Shown piece after piece: positions 12,056-23,400 of a stretch of DNA of 64,000 nt. The position numbers and the translations under genes were made by a program. Source of the stretch: an uncultured Lachnospiraceae bacterium (lineage in GTDB: Bacteria > Bacillota > Clostridia > Lachnospirales > Lachnospiraceae); contig CAJTXN010000014.1 in NCBI GenBank assembly GCA_910583605.1, positions 3,797 to 67,796 on the forward strand, given 5' to 3'. The first letter of the stretch is position 1, and the number at the start of each line of letters is the position of its first letter. Below the pieces are notes generated by a model, which saw only the letters and a list, made by a program, of their open reading frames with translations, was not told the origin of the DNA and ran no database searches.

Positions 12056-13030
12056 ATGTCAAATGAAATTAAGACAATCGGTGTACTTACAAGCGGAGGT
12101 GATGCTCCGGGAATGAACGCTGCCATTCGTGCAGTTGTCAGAACAGCATTATCAAAGGGCCTCAGGGTAAAGGGGATCATGAGAGGATACGCAGGACTTC
12201 TTAATGAAGAGATCATCGACATGGACGCCAGAAGCGTATCTGATATCATTCAGAAAGGCGGAACCATTCTCTATACGGCCAGATGCGAAGAGTTCCGTAC
12301 AGCAGAAGGACAGCAGAAGGGCGCCGAAATATGCAGAAAATACGGAATCGACGGACTTGTCGTAATCGGCGGAGACGGTTCCTTTCAGGGAGCACAGAAG
12401 CTTTCCCATCTGGGAATCAATACCATAGGCGTGCCGGGAACCATTGACCTTGATATTGCATGTACGGATTATACCATTGGATTTGATACTGCGGTAAACA
12501 CTGCCATGGAAGCCATTGACAAAATCCGTGATACGTCTACATCTCATGAGAGATGCAGCGTAATTGAAGTTATGGGCCGCAGAGCCGGATATATCGCATT
12601 GTGGTGTGGCATTGCCAATGGTGCGGAAGACATTCTGTTGCCGGAGCGCTATGACGGTGATGAGTCAAAGCTGATCGAACATATTAAAGACACCAAAAAG
12701 AAGGGTAAAAAGCATCATATTGTAATCAATGCGGAAGGTATCGGTGATTCCCAGAAACTGGCGGAGAAGATTGAAGCGGAAACAGGTATGGAGACCAGAG
12801 CTACGATTCTCGGACATATGCAGCGCGGCGGAAGCCCGACTTGTAAAGACAGGGTATATGCTTCTCTGATGGGTGCATATGCGGTTGATCTGTTATGTGA
12901 AGGAAAGAGTAACCGGGTAGTTGCATATGCCCATGGTGATTATGTGGACTATGAAATTGATGAAGCGCTTGCCATGCAGAAGGATATTTCGGAATATCAG
13001 TTCAATGTGAGCAAGAATCTCGCAAGATAA
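12056..13030 (+). CDS. pfkA: 6-phosphofructokinase
   Basis: LTSGGDAPGMNAAIR, IGGDGS, EVMGR; ATG 12056 follows GGAGG. Confidence 0.97.
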   Translation: MSNEIKTIGVLTSGGDAPGMNAAIRAVVRTALSKGLRVKGIMRGYAGLLNEEIIDMDARSVSDIIQKGGTILYTARCEEFRTAEGQQKGAEICRKYGIDGLVVIGGDGSFQGAQKLSHLGINTIGVPGTIDLDIACTDYTIGFDTAVNTAMEAIDKIRDTSTSHERCSVIEVMGRRAGYIALWCGIANGAEDILLPERYDGDESKLIEHIKDTKKKGKKHHIVINAEGIGDSQKLAEKIEAETGMETRATILGHMQRGGSPTCKDRVYASLMGAYAVDLLCEGKSNRVVAYAHGDYVDYEIDEALAMQKDISEYQFNVSKNLAR

Positions 13031-13036
13031 GCCTCT

Positions 13037-13855
13037 ATGATCAGTTCCATAAATAATTCACAGATAAAAAATATTCTGGCATTGAAAAATAAAGCAAAAG
13101 CAAGGCGGGAACAGGGATGTTTTATCGTGGAAGGTATACGGATGTTTACGGAAATACCGCAGGACTCTCTGGTTAAAACTTATATATCGGAATCGTTTTT
13201 TTTGGAAATGAACGGGAAGGACGAAGTAAACATAATGGAACCGGGAAGCTGTGAAGTGGTATCCGACCGGGTATTTCAGGCAATTTCGGATACGGTAACT
13301 CCACAGGGAATACTGGCGGTTGTACGGCAGAATAACCGGAGTTTTGATCAAATACTGGATTGTGGACATTCTGCACAGAGTCATTGTTATATGGTACTTG
13401 AAAACATTCAGGACCCCGGGAATCTGGGCACGATTATCCGGACTTCCGAGGGGGCCGGTGTCTCGGCGGTAATCATGAGCCGGAATACGGCGGATATCTA
13501 TAATCCCAAAGTTGTCCGTTCCACCATGGGTTCTGTTTTTCGGGTACCTTATGTATATGTGGAAGATTTGGAAGATGCCGTACGGAAAATGAAAGAGCGG
13601 GATATAACCGTTTATGCGGCGCATCTGAAAGGAAAATCCGATTATGATGAAGGTGACTATACGAAACCTTCTGCTTTTCTGATCGGAAATGAGGGCAGCG
13701 GTTTAAGCGGGGCAATGACGGCACTGGCTGACCGGCTGATCCGGATACCCATGTGTGGACAGGTGGAATCCTTAAATGCAGCAAGTGCGGCAACGGTACT
13801 GATGTATGAATCTTATCGGCAGAACCGCAGAATCTGCCGCTGGATTGAAACGTAA
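13037..13855 (+). CDS. TrmH/SpoU family RNA methyltransferase
   Basis: IQDPGNLGTIIR, GNEGSG, IPMCGQVESLN. Confidence 0.92.
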   Translation: MISSINNSQIKNILALKNKAKARREQGCFIVEGIRMFTEIPQDSLVKTYISESFFLEMNGKDEVNIMEPGSCEVVSDRVFQAISDTVTPQGILAVVRQNNRSFDQILDCGHSAQSHCYMVLENIQDPGNLGTIIRTSEGAGVSAVIMSRNTADIYNPKVVRSTMGSVFRVPYVYVEDLEDAVRKMKERDITVYAAHLKGKSDYDEGDYTKPSAFLIGNEGSGLSGAMTALADRLIRIPMCGQVESLNAASAATVLMYESYRQNRRICRWIET

Positions 13856-13889
13856 GCCATGGTTTCGGATATTAAAAAGGTTAAATATA

Positions 13890-13926
13890 AAAAGGATATC
13901 AGCAATAATCTGCTGATATCCTTTTT
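13890..13926. terminator. Bidirectional intrinsic terminator
   Basis: AAAAAGGATATCAGCA / TGCTGATATCCTTTTT hairpin between convergent genes. Confidence 0.85.
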
Positions 13927-13941
13927 CTGCAGGAAATTTAA

Positions 13942-14376
13942 TTATAATTCCACAAAATAATCTCCATTTGATAATCCGTTTACAACAAAGTAAGCTCTGT
14001 GTTCTTCAGGCTTAACATAAATCTCAATTGAGTTTATTTCATCAAGTTTGCCCTGGAATTTCTCTACCCATGCTGTTTTCACATTGGCAAGAATATCATC
14101 GGTGGCGATTTCCTTTCCGCTAAATTGAAGTATGTAACTAGGAGTAACTTCAACAGCTTTTTTTGCAGTTTTCTTTGCAGTTGTTGTAGTATTCGTCTCT
14201 GATGTCTTTTTGGTAGCTGCCTTTTTGGCAGTTGCAGTCTTTTTGGCAGCCGGTTTCTTTTCGGTTTCTGTTTTAACAGCTTTTACTTCTTCTTTTTTTG
14301 CCTCAACTGTTTCGTTTGCAGTAACGTTGGCAGCGGTCTTGGTATCTGCTGCACTTGTACTTAAACTTGATTTCAT
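13942..14376 (-). CDS. Lys/Ala/Thr-rich protein with conserved C-terminal domain (DUF6465-like)
   Basis: Histone-like KKPAAKK tract followed by IEIYVKPEEHRAYFVVNG; AGGAGG upstream of ATG 14376. Confidence 0.75.
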   Translation of the reverse strand: MKSSLSTSAADTKTAANVTANETVEAKKEEVKAVKTETEKKPAAKKTATAKKAATKKTSETNTTTTAKKTAKKAVEVTPSYILQFSGKEIATDDILANVKTAWVEKFQGKLDEINSIEIYVKPEEHRAYFVVNGLSNGDYFVEL

Positions 14377-14591
14377 AATACATATTCCTCCTTGTTTAGG
14401 ATAACTCCTAGCTAGATAATAAACCTTTATCAGAATTTTTGCAACTATTTCCTGATTTTTCTTTAACAAATACCATATATTTTTATCGAAACAGGTCATT
14501 TTTATACAAAATAGCTAAAAAATTAGTTATTAGAAGAGAGAAATTTGGTGATTGGTTAAATTATGGTCATAACTTTTAAAATCCGGGGGGG

Positions 14592-14620
14592 TTGACAAAT
14601 ACAGTCCTCTCTGTTAAAAT
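14592..14620 (+). promoter_or_regulatory. sigmaA-type promoter of the cell wall hydrolase gene
   Basis: TTGACA-N17-TAAAAT with upstream TG. Confidence 0.7.
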
Positions 14621-14692
14621 ACTTCCGTAATAAAATTTAACAAAAACGTAACAATTGCGAATAATAATCGTAATTATTTGTAGGAGGTTTTC

Positions 14693-15982
14693 ATGAAGTT
14701 AAATGGGAAAGGTATAGCGATACTGGCCGGTACATGTATTATGGCATTAATCGCTCTGATCATTGTAGGAGTATCCGGTGCTGTGACCACAACGAATGAT
14801 ACTGACAACGTTATGAGTATGAATGGAACTATTAATGAAGCAGATAATAATATCAGTGCCGATGTGGCGGCAGCAGAACAGATTCTTCTACGGTTTAAAA
14901 ATCCGGGTGAAACGCAAAGCGGTAATGGAGAATCCGCTGCAGAAACCGAAGATGTAAAAGAAACGGAGCCGCAGTCAAGCGAAGCCGCAACGGAAGCGGT
15001 TACGGAACCTGAGACGGAAGAGCCGTCACCATATGCAAATAAGTTTATGGTAAATGTTACGGAGTATCTCAACATCCGTGCAGAAGCCAGTCAGGATTCC
15101 CAGGTTGTGGGAAAACTTTATCCGGGTTCCGGCGGTGATGTTCTGGAACGGGGAGCGGAATGGACGAAGATCAGTTCCGGTTCTGTTGAAGGATATGTGG
15201 CAAATCAATATATAGTATTTGGAGCCGAGGCAGAAGCCAAAGCCAATGAAGTTGGAAAATTAAAGGTAACGGTTCTGACCGACAGCTTAAGAATCCGGAA
15301 GACGCCAAGTACGGAATCAGGAATCTGGGAGCTGGCTTCCGAGGGAGAAGTATTTGACGGAATCGGATATGACGGAGAATTTATCGGGATTTATTATGAC
15401 GGAGAAATCGCATTCCTTTCCCTGGATTATGTAAATGTGGAACTGGTGATCAAGAAGGCAATTTCTATTGAAGAGGAACAGGAACAGATTCGTCTTGCAG
15501 AGGAAGCAAAGAGAGCAGAAGAGGAAGAGCGGTTAAGAAAAGAGCAGGAAGCAAATGAGGCTATGGAACGTGCGGCCAGAGAGAGCCAGTATGTTGAAAC
15601 CGTAAAGACTTCCGCTTACAATATTTCGGAATCCGATGTATATCTGCTGGCATGTCTGGTCATGGCAGAAGCGGGATATGAACCGTATGAAGGAAAGCTT
15701 GCAGTTGCCAATGTGGTATTAAACCGGTTATCCGGCGGCGCATACGGAAGTACAATGTCGGATGTCATCTATGCCAGAGGACAGTTTTCGGTAGCAGCCA
15801 GCGGAAGACTGGCAACCGTACTTTCACAGGGACCGAACAGCGAATCGGTGCGTGCGGCAGAAGAAGCAATTTCCGGTGTGAACAATGTACCGAATTATGC
15901 AAATTTTTGTGCCTTGTATGTAGCTAATTATTCCAGATATAATAATTACACGATTATCGGAAATCAGGTATTTTATAACTAA
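14693..15982 (+). CDS. SH3-domain cell wall hydrolase (Hydrolase_2/SleB-like C-terminus)
   Basis: N-terminal anchor, two SH3b-like repeats (LNIRAE, LRIRKT), coiled coil, LVMAEAG..AVANVVLNR..GQFS. Confidence 0.88.
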   Translation: MKLNGKGIAILAGTCIMALIALIIVGVSGAVTTTNDTDNVMSMNGTINEADNNISADVAAAEQILLRFKNPGETQSGNGESAAETEDVKETEPQSSEAATEAVTEPETEEPSPYANKFMVNVTEYLNIRAEASQDSQVVGKLYPGSGGDVLERGAEWTKISSGSVEGYVANQYIVFGAEAEAKANEVGKLKVTVLTDSLRIRKTPSTESGIWELASEGEVFDGIGYDGEFIGIYYDGEIAFLSLDYVNVELVIKKAISIEEEQEQIRLAEEAKRAEEEERLRKEQEANEAMERAARESQYVETVKTSAYNISESDVYLLACLVMAEAGYEPYEGKLAVANVVLNRLSGGAYGSTMSDVIYARGQFSVAASGRLATVLSQGPNSESVRAAEEAISGVNNVPNYANFCALYVANYSRYNNYTIIGNQVFYN

Positions 15983-16108
15983 AGAACAGGTAAAAGTCAT
16001 GGAGTAGGTGAATATCTGCCCATGACTTTTTTATGGCAAACTTTTTTGCATAAAAGCAATTTACAGGGATATGATACATAATATAAAGATAAAAGGGGAG
16101 TGGAATAT

Positions 16109-16300
16109 ATGACAGATTTTAATGCATTATCCGAAAAGGATAAATTAAAATATGAAATAGCGGAGGAGCTGGGCTTGTTGGATAAAGTCAGGGAAAAGGG
16201 ATGGAAAGGCTTATCCGCAAAAGAATCAGGCAGAATCGGAGGGATTATGACGAACCGGCTGCGACAGCAGAAAAATGAGAAAAAGAATTTAGAAGAATAA
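16109..16300 (+). CDS. Small acid-soluble spore protein, alpha/beta type
   Basis: KLKYEIAEELGL...LSAKESGRIGG; weak forespore-type promoter GCATA-N17-TATGATA at 16048-16076. Confidence 0.85.
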   Translation: MTDFNALSEKDKLKYEIAEELGLLDKVREKGWKGLSAKESGRIGGIMTNRLRQQKNEKKNLEE

Positions 16301-16441
16301 AACAGTATTTTCCGCAAATGGCAATATTAGTATTGAACATTTCACGGGATTTGTGGTACAATATCGGATAAAGCTTTAAAAGAACCATATATAGAATTCA
16401 ATATTTTGTTTCAATATATCAGAAAGACTATGGAGGTAAAG

Positions 16442-17161
16442 ATGTTAGAACTAAAGAATGTATCATTTGAGGTTTCAGAGGGGACAAATGATAAGGGTAT
16501 TTTAAAAAACATAAATCTTAACATAGACGACAAAAAGTTTTTAGCCATAACCGGGCCAAACGGCGGAGGTAAATCCACGCTGGCGAAACTGATTGCCGGG
16601 ATTTACAGACCTACATCGGGACATATATTCTTTGACGGAACGGATATCACGGATTTGAGTATTACAGAACGGGCGAAGATGGGAATCAGCTTTGCATTCC
16701 AGCAGCCGGTACGATTTAAAGGAATCAAGGTGAAAGATTTAATAAAGCTGGCAGCAGGAGATGCGATTTCCGTGAAAGGCGCCTGTGAATATTTATCCGA
16801 GGTGGGATTGTGTGCAAGAGATTATATTAACCGTGATGTGGACGGCAGTTTGTCCGGCGGGGAGTTAAAGCGAATCGAGATTGCCACTATTATTGCAAGA
16901 GGCACAAAGTTAAGCGTATTTGATGAGCCGGAAGCGGGTATAGATTTATGGAGTTTTAAGAATCTTATACAGGTATTTGAAAAAATGCATAAGGAACATG
17001 AAACTTCCATTATCATTATTTCCCATCAGGAAAGAATACTGAACATTGCGGACGAGATTGTGGTGCTGGCAAACGGAGAGCTGAAAGCACAGGGTAAAAA
17101 AGATGAAATTTTACCGGAACTGCTGAACGGAACGGGCGGATGTAAATTCTATCAGGATTAA
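16442..17161 (+). CDS. ABC ATPase, SufC-like
   Basis: GPNGGGKST, LSGGELKRIE, FDEPEAGID; adjacent to a SufBD gene. Confidence 0.85.
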   Translation: MLELKNVSFEVSEGTNDKGILKNINLNIDDKKFLAITGPNGGGKSTLAKLIAGIYRPTSGHIFFDGTDITDLSITERAKMGISFAFQQPVRFKGIKVKDLIKLAAGDAISVKGACEYLSEVGLCARDYINRDVDGSLSGGELKRIEIATIIARGTKLSVFDEPEAGIDLWSFKNLIQVFEKMHKEHETSIIIISHQERILNIADEIVVLANGELKAQGKKDEILPELLNGTGGCKFYQD

Positions 17162-17182
17162 CATAAGGAAGGAAATGGTAAT

Positions 17183-18115
17183 ATGGAATTTAAGAAAATA
17201 GACAAGATACAGTTAAGCCTTCTGGAAGAGATAGCAGGTCTCCATGAGGTTCCAAAGGGAGCTTATAATATAAGGGCAAACGGAGCAGGTGCGGCAAGAA
17301 GCACCACTGCCAATATAGATATTGTGACCAAAGAGGATAAAGACGGAATTGATATCATCATAAAACCGGGAACGAAAAACGAAAGTGTGCATATTCCGGT
17401 AGTTATCAGTGAAACCGGACTGACTGATTTAGTATATAATGATTTCTTTATAGGAGAAGATTCGGATGTCACCATAATAGCCGGATGCGGAATACATAAC
17501 AGCGGAGAAAAAAAATCGGAACATGACGGTATTCATACCTTTCATGTGGGAAAAAATGCAAAAGTGAGATATGTGGAAAAGCATTATGGAAAAGGTGACG
17601 GCACCGGCGAAAACATTATGAATCCCACTACGATTGTCACGATTGATGAAGGCGGTTACATGGAAATGGAAACCGTACAGATTAAAGGCATTGATTCCAC
17701 GGACCGGATTACCACCGCACAGTTGGGAAAGGATGCCAAGCTGGTGATTAAAGAGGCGCTGATGACACATGGGACACAGTATGCCAAATCCAGTTTTGAA
17801 GTAAATCTGGACGGGGAGAATTCCAGTGCCAACGTGATTTCCAGAGCGGTTGCCAAAGATGACTCCAGGCAGTTGTTTATTTCAAAAATAAACGGAAATA
17901 ACAAATGCGCCGGACATACGGAATGTGATGCCATTATCATGGATAATGCAAAGATCAGTGCGGTTCCGGAGATTACCGCAAACGATCTGGAGGCGCAGCT
18001 TATTCACGAAGCGGCCATCGGTAAAATTGCGGGAGAGCAGATTATAAAACTGATGACACTGGGACTGACCGAAGAGGAAGCGGAACAGGAAATCGTTAAC
18101 GGATTTTTAAAATAG
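17183..18115 (+). CDS. SufB/SufD family Fe-S cluster assembly protein
   Basis: GHTECDAII, LIHEAAIGKI..LMTLGL. Confidence 0.88.
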   Translation: MEFKKIDKIQLSLLEEIAGLHEVPKGAYNIRANGAGAARSTTANIDIVTKEDKDGIDIIIKPGTKNESVHIPVVISETGLTDLVYNDFFIGEDSDVTIIAGCGIHNSGEKKSEHDGIHTFHVGKNAKVRYVEKHYGKGDGTGENIMNPTTIVTIDEGGYMEMETVQIKGIDSTDRITTAQLGKDAKLVIKEALMTHGTQYAKSSFEVNLDGENSSANVISRAVAKDDSRQLFISKINGNNKCAGHTECDAIIMDNAKISAVPEITANDLEAQLIHEAAIGKIAGEQIIKLMTLGLTEEEAEQEIVNGFLK

Positions 18116-18289
18116 AAACATGGCAGACAGTTACAATCAGCCAGGCCGTAATAGAATGATACAGCTTCTATCTCTGTTGATAGAAGCTTTTCAACTATTA
18201 GCGGCACAGGGTATGAGCGGAACGATAAAAGAATTTTTGGAAAAGGATTATGCAGCGCAGGCGGGCCTGTGCTATGCATGGGTATAAGA

Positions 18290-21200
18290 ATGTACACACT
18301 TGGAATAGATATCGGTTCTACCACTGTGAAGGTAGTAATTCTTGACGAAGAAAATAATATGTTATTTTCCGCATATGAAAGACATTATGCGAATATTATA
18401 GAAACATTGGGAATGTTAGTTGAACGGGCATATGAAAAACTGGGAGACGTAAGTCTGGCGCCAATGATTACCGGTTCCGGCGGTCTGACTATATCAAAAC
18501 ACCTGGATATCCCTTTTGTACAGGAAGTAGTTGCCGTTGCGGCTTCGCTGAAATCTTATGCGCCTCATACGGATGTAGCTATTGAGCTGGGGGGAGAGGA
18601 TGCAAAGATCATTTATTTTACCGGAGGACTGGATCAGAGAATGAACGGAATCTGTGCAGGAGGCACCGGCTCCTTTATTGATCAGATGGCATCACTGCTG
18701 ACTACGGATGCGGCAGGATTAAACGAATATGCCAAATCCTATAAAGCGGTTTATCCGATCGCAGCCAGATGTGGTGTGTTTGCCAAATCGGATATTCAGC
18801 CGTTGATCAATGAAGGCGCTACAAAAGAAGATCTGGCGGCCTCTATTTTTCAGGCAGTTGTTAACCAGACCATCAGCGGTCTTGCCTGCGGAAAGCCGAT
18901 TCGGGGTAACGTGGCATTTTTAGGAGGACCGTTGCATTTTCTTACGGAATTGAAACAGGCATTTATCCGGACGTTGCAGCTGGAAGGAGAACAGATCATT
19001 GCACCGGAACACTCCCATCTGTTTGCGGCAGTGGGAGCTGCCATGAATACGGAGTATGATAAGGTAACAACCATTGGGGAACTAAATCAAAAACTGAAAT
19101 CCGATATACACATGGAATTTGAGGTTACAAGAATGGAGCCGCTGTTTGCGGATGAAAGTGCTTACGAAGAATTTATAAGGAACCATGATGTACATAAAGT
19201 AGCGAAAGGAAAACTGGAGGATTATGAGGGGGACTGCTTTCTGGGAATCGACGCGGGTTCTACGACGACCAAGGCGGCAGTCGTAGGAGAAGACGGAACT
19301 CTGCTGTATTCGTTTTACAGCAGTAATAACGGCAGTCCGTTAAAGACCACCATTCGGGCCGTTCGGGAGATATACCGGCTGTTGCCGGACAGCGCCAGAA
19401 TTGTCCGTTCCTGCTCTACCGGATACGGAGAAGCATTGATCAAGGCGGCATTAATGCTGGACGAAGGAGAAGTAGAGACTGTTGCCCACTACAAGGCGGC
19501 TGCCTTTTTTGACCCGGAAGTGGATTGTATTCTGGATATCGGTGGTCAGGATATGAAATGTATTAAGATTAAAAACGGTACCGTGGATAAAGTCCAGTTA
19601 AATGAAGCCTGTTCTTCCGGCTGCGGCTCTTTTATCGAAACCTTTGCAAAGTCTCTGAATTATGAAGTGGCAGATTTTGCGCAGATTGCTTTGTTTGCCC
19701 GGAATCCCGTGGATTTAGGATCCAGATGTACGGTGTTTATGAATTCCAAGGTGAAGCAGGCTCAGAAGGAAGGTGCTACCGTAGAAGACATTTCGGCGGG
19801 ACTTGCATATTCCGTAATAAAAAATGCTCTGCTGAAAGTCATCAAGGTAACGGACCCGGCAGATTTGGGAAAGAGAATCGTAGTTCAGGGAGGAACGTTT
19901 TATAATAATGCAGTGCTGAGAAGCTTTGAAAAAATCTCAGGCTGTGAAGCGGTAAGACCGGATATAGCAGGAATCATGGGTGCATTCGGTGCGGCGCTGA
20001 TAGCCAGAGAGCATTATGACGGCAGTGAGACGTCTATGCTGCCCTTTGAGAGAATCGATACCCTGAAATATGATACAGTCATGACCCGGTGTAAGGGCTG
20101 CACTAATCACTGTATGCTGACCATTAATAAATTTACCGGGGGACGTCAGTTTATATCCGGAAACCGATGTGAAAGAGGTTTGGGGAAAGAAAAGAATAAA
20201 GATAACGTACCGAATATGTTTGAGTTTAAGGAAAAATTGCTGTTTCATATGGAAACACTGACCGGAGACCATGCGCCGAGAGGAAAAGTAGGAATTCCGA
20301 GAGTGCTGAATATGTATGAAAACTATCCGTTCTGGGCAGCTTTTTTTACAAAACTGGGATATCAGGTGGTGTTATCCCCACGCTCGGACAGAAATATTTA
20401 TGAGCTGGGAATCGAGTCCATACCAAGTGAATCCGAATGTTATCCGGCAAAGCTTGCCCATGGTCATGTGACCTGGCTGATCAAACAGGGAATCGATTAT
20501 ATTTTTTATCCGTGTATTGTATATGAAAGAAAAGAGCTTCCGGGTGCCAGCAATCATTATAATTGTCCTATCGTGGCGTCTTACGGTGAAAATATCCGTA
20601 ATAATATAGAAGACATCCGAAATGGAAGCGTAAAGTTTCAGAATCCTTTTATGTCCTTTGAAAATGAAGCGATCATTGCGGAACGGCTGGAGGATTACTT
20701 TGAAACGGAGAACGGCATACCGCATCGGGAGATAAGAGAAGCAGTTTCCTTTGGAATGAAGGCAATGGAACAGGTTCAGGAGCAGACCAGACAGGAAGGA
20801 GAACGGGTACTGCGTTATCTGGAAGAACAGGACAGAATCGGTATCGTCCTTGCCGGCCGGCCGTATCATCTGGATCCGGAGATTAACCATGGTATTCCGG
20901 AACTGATCAATTCCTATGGAGTGGCAGTTCTGACCGAAGACAGTATCGCACATCTGGGAACGGTGGACCGTCCTACCATAGCGGCGGATCAATGGACCTA
21001 TCATTCCAGACTGTATGGGGCTGCTTCTTATGTGAGAACCAGTGACCGTCTGGAACTGATACAGTTAAATTCCTTTGGATGCGGGCTGGATGCGGTGACC
21101 ACCGACCAGGTCAGCGATATATTACAGAAATCCAATAAAATATATACGGTACTTAAGATTGATGAAGTGAACAATCTGGGGGCGGCACGAATCCGAATTC

Positions 21201-22501
21201 GTTCCCTGCTTAGTGCGGTCAGGGAGCGGTCTTTAAAGAACATAACCTGTCATCCGGCGGATGCCTCCCATCATCGTGCATTATTTACTAAAGAGATGCG
21301 GAAGGAATATACCATTCTCTGTCCGGAAATGTCTCCGATTCATTTTGAGATTCTGCTGCCTGCCCTGGCTTCCTGCGGATATAAGCTGGAACTTCTGCCA
21401 AGCAGTAAATCCTGTGTGGATTACGGATTGAAATATGTAAATAATGATGCCTGTTATCCCTCCCTGTTGGTGGTGGGACAGATTATGGAAGCATTGTTAT
21501 CCGGAAATTATGATGTGAATAAGACGGCAGTTATCATTACCCAGACCGGAGGCGGCTGCCGGGCCACCAATTACATCGGATTTATCCGGCGGGCACTGGA
21601 AAAGGCCGGTATGCCACAGATTCCGGTAATTTCCCTGAGTCCGGGCGTAGAGACGAATCCCGGGTTTTCTTTCAGCTATAAAATGGTAAACCGGGCGCTG
21701 CAGGCATTGGTTTATGGTGATTTATTCATGCGTGTGCTGTATCGCACCCGTCCGTATGAGAAAGAAAAGGGTGCTGCCGACCGGCTTCACCGGAAATGGG
21801 CAGAAAAATGTAAACAGGATGTGGTAAAAGGAAGCAAATCCGTTTTTAAAAAGAATTTAAAAGAAATCGTAAGGGAGTTTGACCAACTGGAATTACTGGA
21901 TATCAAAAAGCCAAGAGTGGGAATCGTAGGGGAAATTCTGGTGAAGTTTCTTCCGGTTGCCAACAATCATCTGGTGGAACTTCTGGAAGAGGAAGGAGCT
22001 GAAGCGGTGTGTCCGGATTTACTGGACTTCTTCTTATATTGTTTCTGGAGCACCAATTATGAAGCAGAATATTTCGGAAAAGGAAAACTGCGGGCTCTTG
22101 GATTCAATGCTGCAGATTTTGTCATTGAACACTATAGAAAACCACTGCGACGGGCATTAAAAGAGAGCAGGCGATTTGAACCGATGCCGGATATTGAGGA
22201 ACTGGCTTCATATGCGGAACCGTTTGTATCCATTGGCAATCAGAACGGGGAAGGATGGTTCCTGACGGCGGAAATGGTGGAACTGATCCGGGAAGGAGTA
22301 CCGAATATCGTGTGTGCCCAGCCATTTGCCTGTCTGCCGAATCATGTGGTGGGCAAAGGTGTTATCAAGGTACTGCGGGAGGAATTTAAGGAAGCCAATA
22401 TTGTGGCTGTTGATTACGACCCGGGCGCCAGTGAAGTTAATCAGTTGAACAGGATTAAACTGATGCTTTCGGCTGCAAAGAAGAATTTGGAAAAATCTTA
22501 A
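18290..22501 (+). CDS. Fused CoA-substrate enzyme activase / 2-hydroxyacyl-CoA dehydratase family protein
   Basis: Two ASKHA activase domains ([28 protein letters not shown]) followed by DUF2229-like and dehydratase-like regions. Confidence 0.88.
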   Translation: MYTLGIDIGSTTVKVVILDEENNMLFSAYERHYANIIETLGMLVERAYEKLGDVSLAPMITGSGGLTISKHLDIPFVQEVVAVAASLKSYAPHTDVAIELGGEDAKIIYFTGGLDQRMNGICAGGTGSFIDQMASLLTTDAAGLNEYAKSYKAVYPIAARCGVFAKSDIQPLINEGATKEDLAASIFQAVVNQTISGLACGKPIRGNVAFLGGPLHFLTELKQAFIRTLQLEGEQIIAPEHSHLFAAVGAAMNTEYDKVTTIGELNQKLKSDIHMEFEVTRMEPLFADESAYEEFIRNHDVHKVAKGKLEDYEGDCFLGIDAGSTTTKAAVVGEDGTLLYSFYSSNNGSPLKTTIRAVREIYRLLPDSARIVRSCSTGYGEALIKAALMLDEGEVETVAHYKAAAFFDPEVDCILDIGGQDMKCIKIKNGTVDKVQLNEACSSGCGSFIETFAKSLNYEVADFAQIALFARNPVDLGSRCTVFMNSKVKQAQKEGATVEDISAGLAYSVIKNALLKVIKVTDPADLGKRIVVQGGTFYNNAVLRSFEKISGCEAVRPDIAGIMGAFGAALIAREHYDGSETSMLPFERIDTLKYDTVMTRCKGCTNHCMLTINKFTGGRQFISGNRCERGLGKEKNKDNVPNMFEFKEKLLFHMETLTGDHAPRGKVGIPRVLNMYENYPFWAAFFTKLGYQVVLSPRSDRNIYELGIESIPSESECYPAKLAHGHVTWLIKQGIDYIFYPCIVYERKELPGASNHYNCPIVASYGENIRNNIEDIRNGSVKFQNPFMSFENEAIIAERLEDYFETENGIPHREIREAVSFGMKAMEQVQEQTRQEGERVLRYLEEQDRIGIVLAGRPYHLDPEINHGIPELINSYGVAVLTEDSIAHLGTVDRPTIAADQWTYHSRLYGAASYVRTSDRLELIQLNSFGCGLDAVTTDQVSDILQKSNKIYTVLKIDEVNNLGAARIRIRSLLSAVRERSLKNITCHPADASHHRALFTKEMRKEYTILCPEMSPIHFEILLPALASCGYKLELLPSSKSCVDYGLKYVNNDACYPSLLVVGQIMEALLSGNYDVNKTAVIITQTGGGCRATNYIGFIRRALEKAGMPQIPVISLSPGVETNPGFSFSYKMVNRALQALVYGDLFMRVLYRTRPYEKEKGAADRLHRKWAEKCKQDVVKGSKSVFKKNLKEIVREFDQLELLDIKKPRVGIVGEILVKFLPVANNHLVELLEEEGAEAVCPDLLDFFLYCFWSTNYEAEYFGKGKLRALGFNAADFVIEHYRKPLRRALKESRRFEPMPDIEELASYAEPFVSIGNQNGEGWFLTAEMVELIREGVPNIVCAQPFACLPNHVVGKGVIKVLREEFKEANIVAVDYDPGASEVNQLNRIKLMLSAAKKNLEKS

Positions 22502-22621
22502 TTCAAATATTAAATAATACGAGAAATCGTTTTATATTTGTGCCGATGTATGGTAAAATAAAATTAGAAAAGTAAGAATAATTGAGAAGGGAAAGAAATT
22601 TCAGGAAGGTAGGTGGTATAT

Positions 22622-23389
22622 ATGAAATTTCGCAGAATAGATGATACGACAGTCAGATGTATTGTTTCCAAGGAAGATATGCAGGAATATGGCATTGCGC
22701 TGGAGGATTTTTTCAAGAATAAAGGGAAGATACATGATTTTCTTCACGTGGTTGTGGAAAAAGCAGAAGAAGAGGTAGGTTATGAGCCGAAAGACGGTAT
22801 GCTGTCCATGCAGATCATGCCGTTGAGCCAGAGTACGATAGCCATTACGTTTTCGGAAGCAGTGAACGGGGATTATGAAGATATCATGAAAAATATTAAG
22901 GATAATCTGCCGGAACTGGCCGGATCCAATCAGGAGCAGTCGGATTTTCTCAGCGGATTAATTGATTTTGAAGTAGAAGATGTCGAGGAAGAGGATTTTG
23001 ACGAAGAAATAGAAGAAGAAATTTACGATGAAGAAGAGACGGCCCCGGATTTTCATCCGGAAGAAATGAAAAAGGATAAAGATATTACCGTATATCAGAG
23101 GATGGTAATCTTTATGGAGTCTTTGGCGGAATTATCGGAATATTGTAAGGCAGCCGCCGTGGATAAGACAGTTAAAAGTGATTTATACTGGGTTCCGTCC
23201 AGACAAAGTTTCTGCATGATAATTGAGAAGGATAGGCTTTCCATGAATGTTTTCCGCCATCTGCTGGTATTGGCAACAGAATACACCTCAAAGATTTCGG
23301 ACAATGAACCGCTGATTTCTTATATCAGGGAACATGGTGATTTACTGTTGGAAAAGAAGGCATACAGGATTTTACGTAAGAACTATTAA
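22622..23389 (+). CDS. mecA: Adaptor protein MecA
   Basis: MKFRRIDDTTVRC start, acidic linker, EY...YIREHG C-terminus. Confidence 0.8.
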   Translation: MKFRRIDDTTVRCIVSKEDMQEYGIALEDFFKNKGKIHDFLHVVVEKAEEEVGYEPKDGMLSMQIMPLSQSTIAITFSEAVNGDYEDIMKNIKDNLPELAGSNQEQSDFLSGLIDFEVEDVEEEDFDEEIEEEIYDEEETAPDFHPEEMKKDKDITVYQRMVIFMESLAELSEYCKAAAVDKTVKSDLYWVPSRQSFCMIIEKDRLSMNVFRHLLVLATEYTSKISDNEPLISYIREHGDLLLEKKAYRILRKNY

Positions 23390-23400
23390 GGAGGAGCGGC

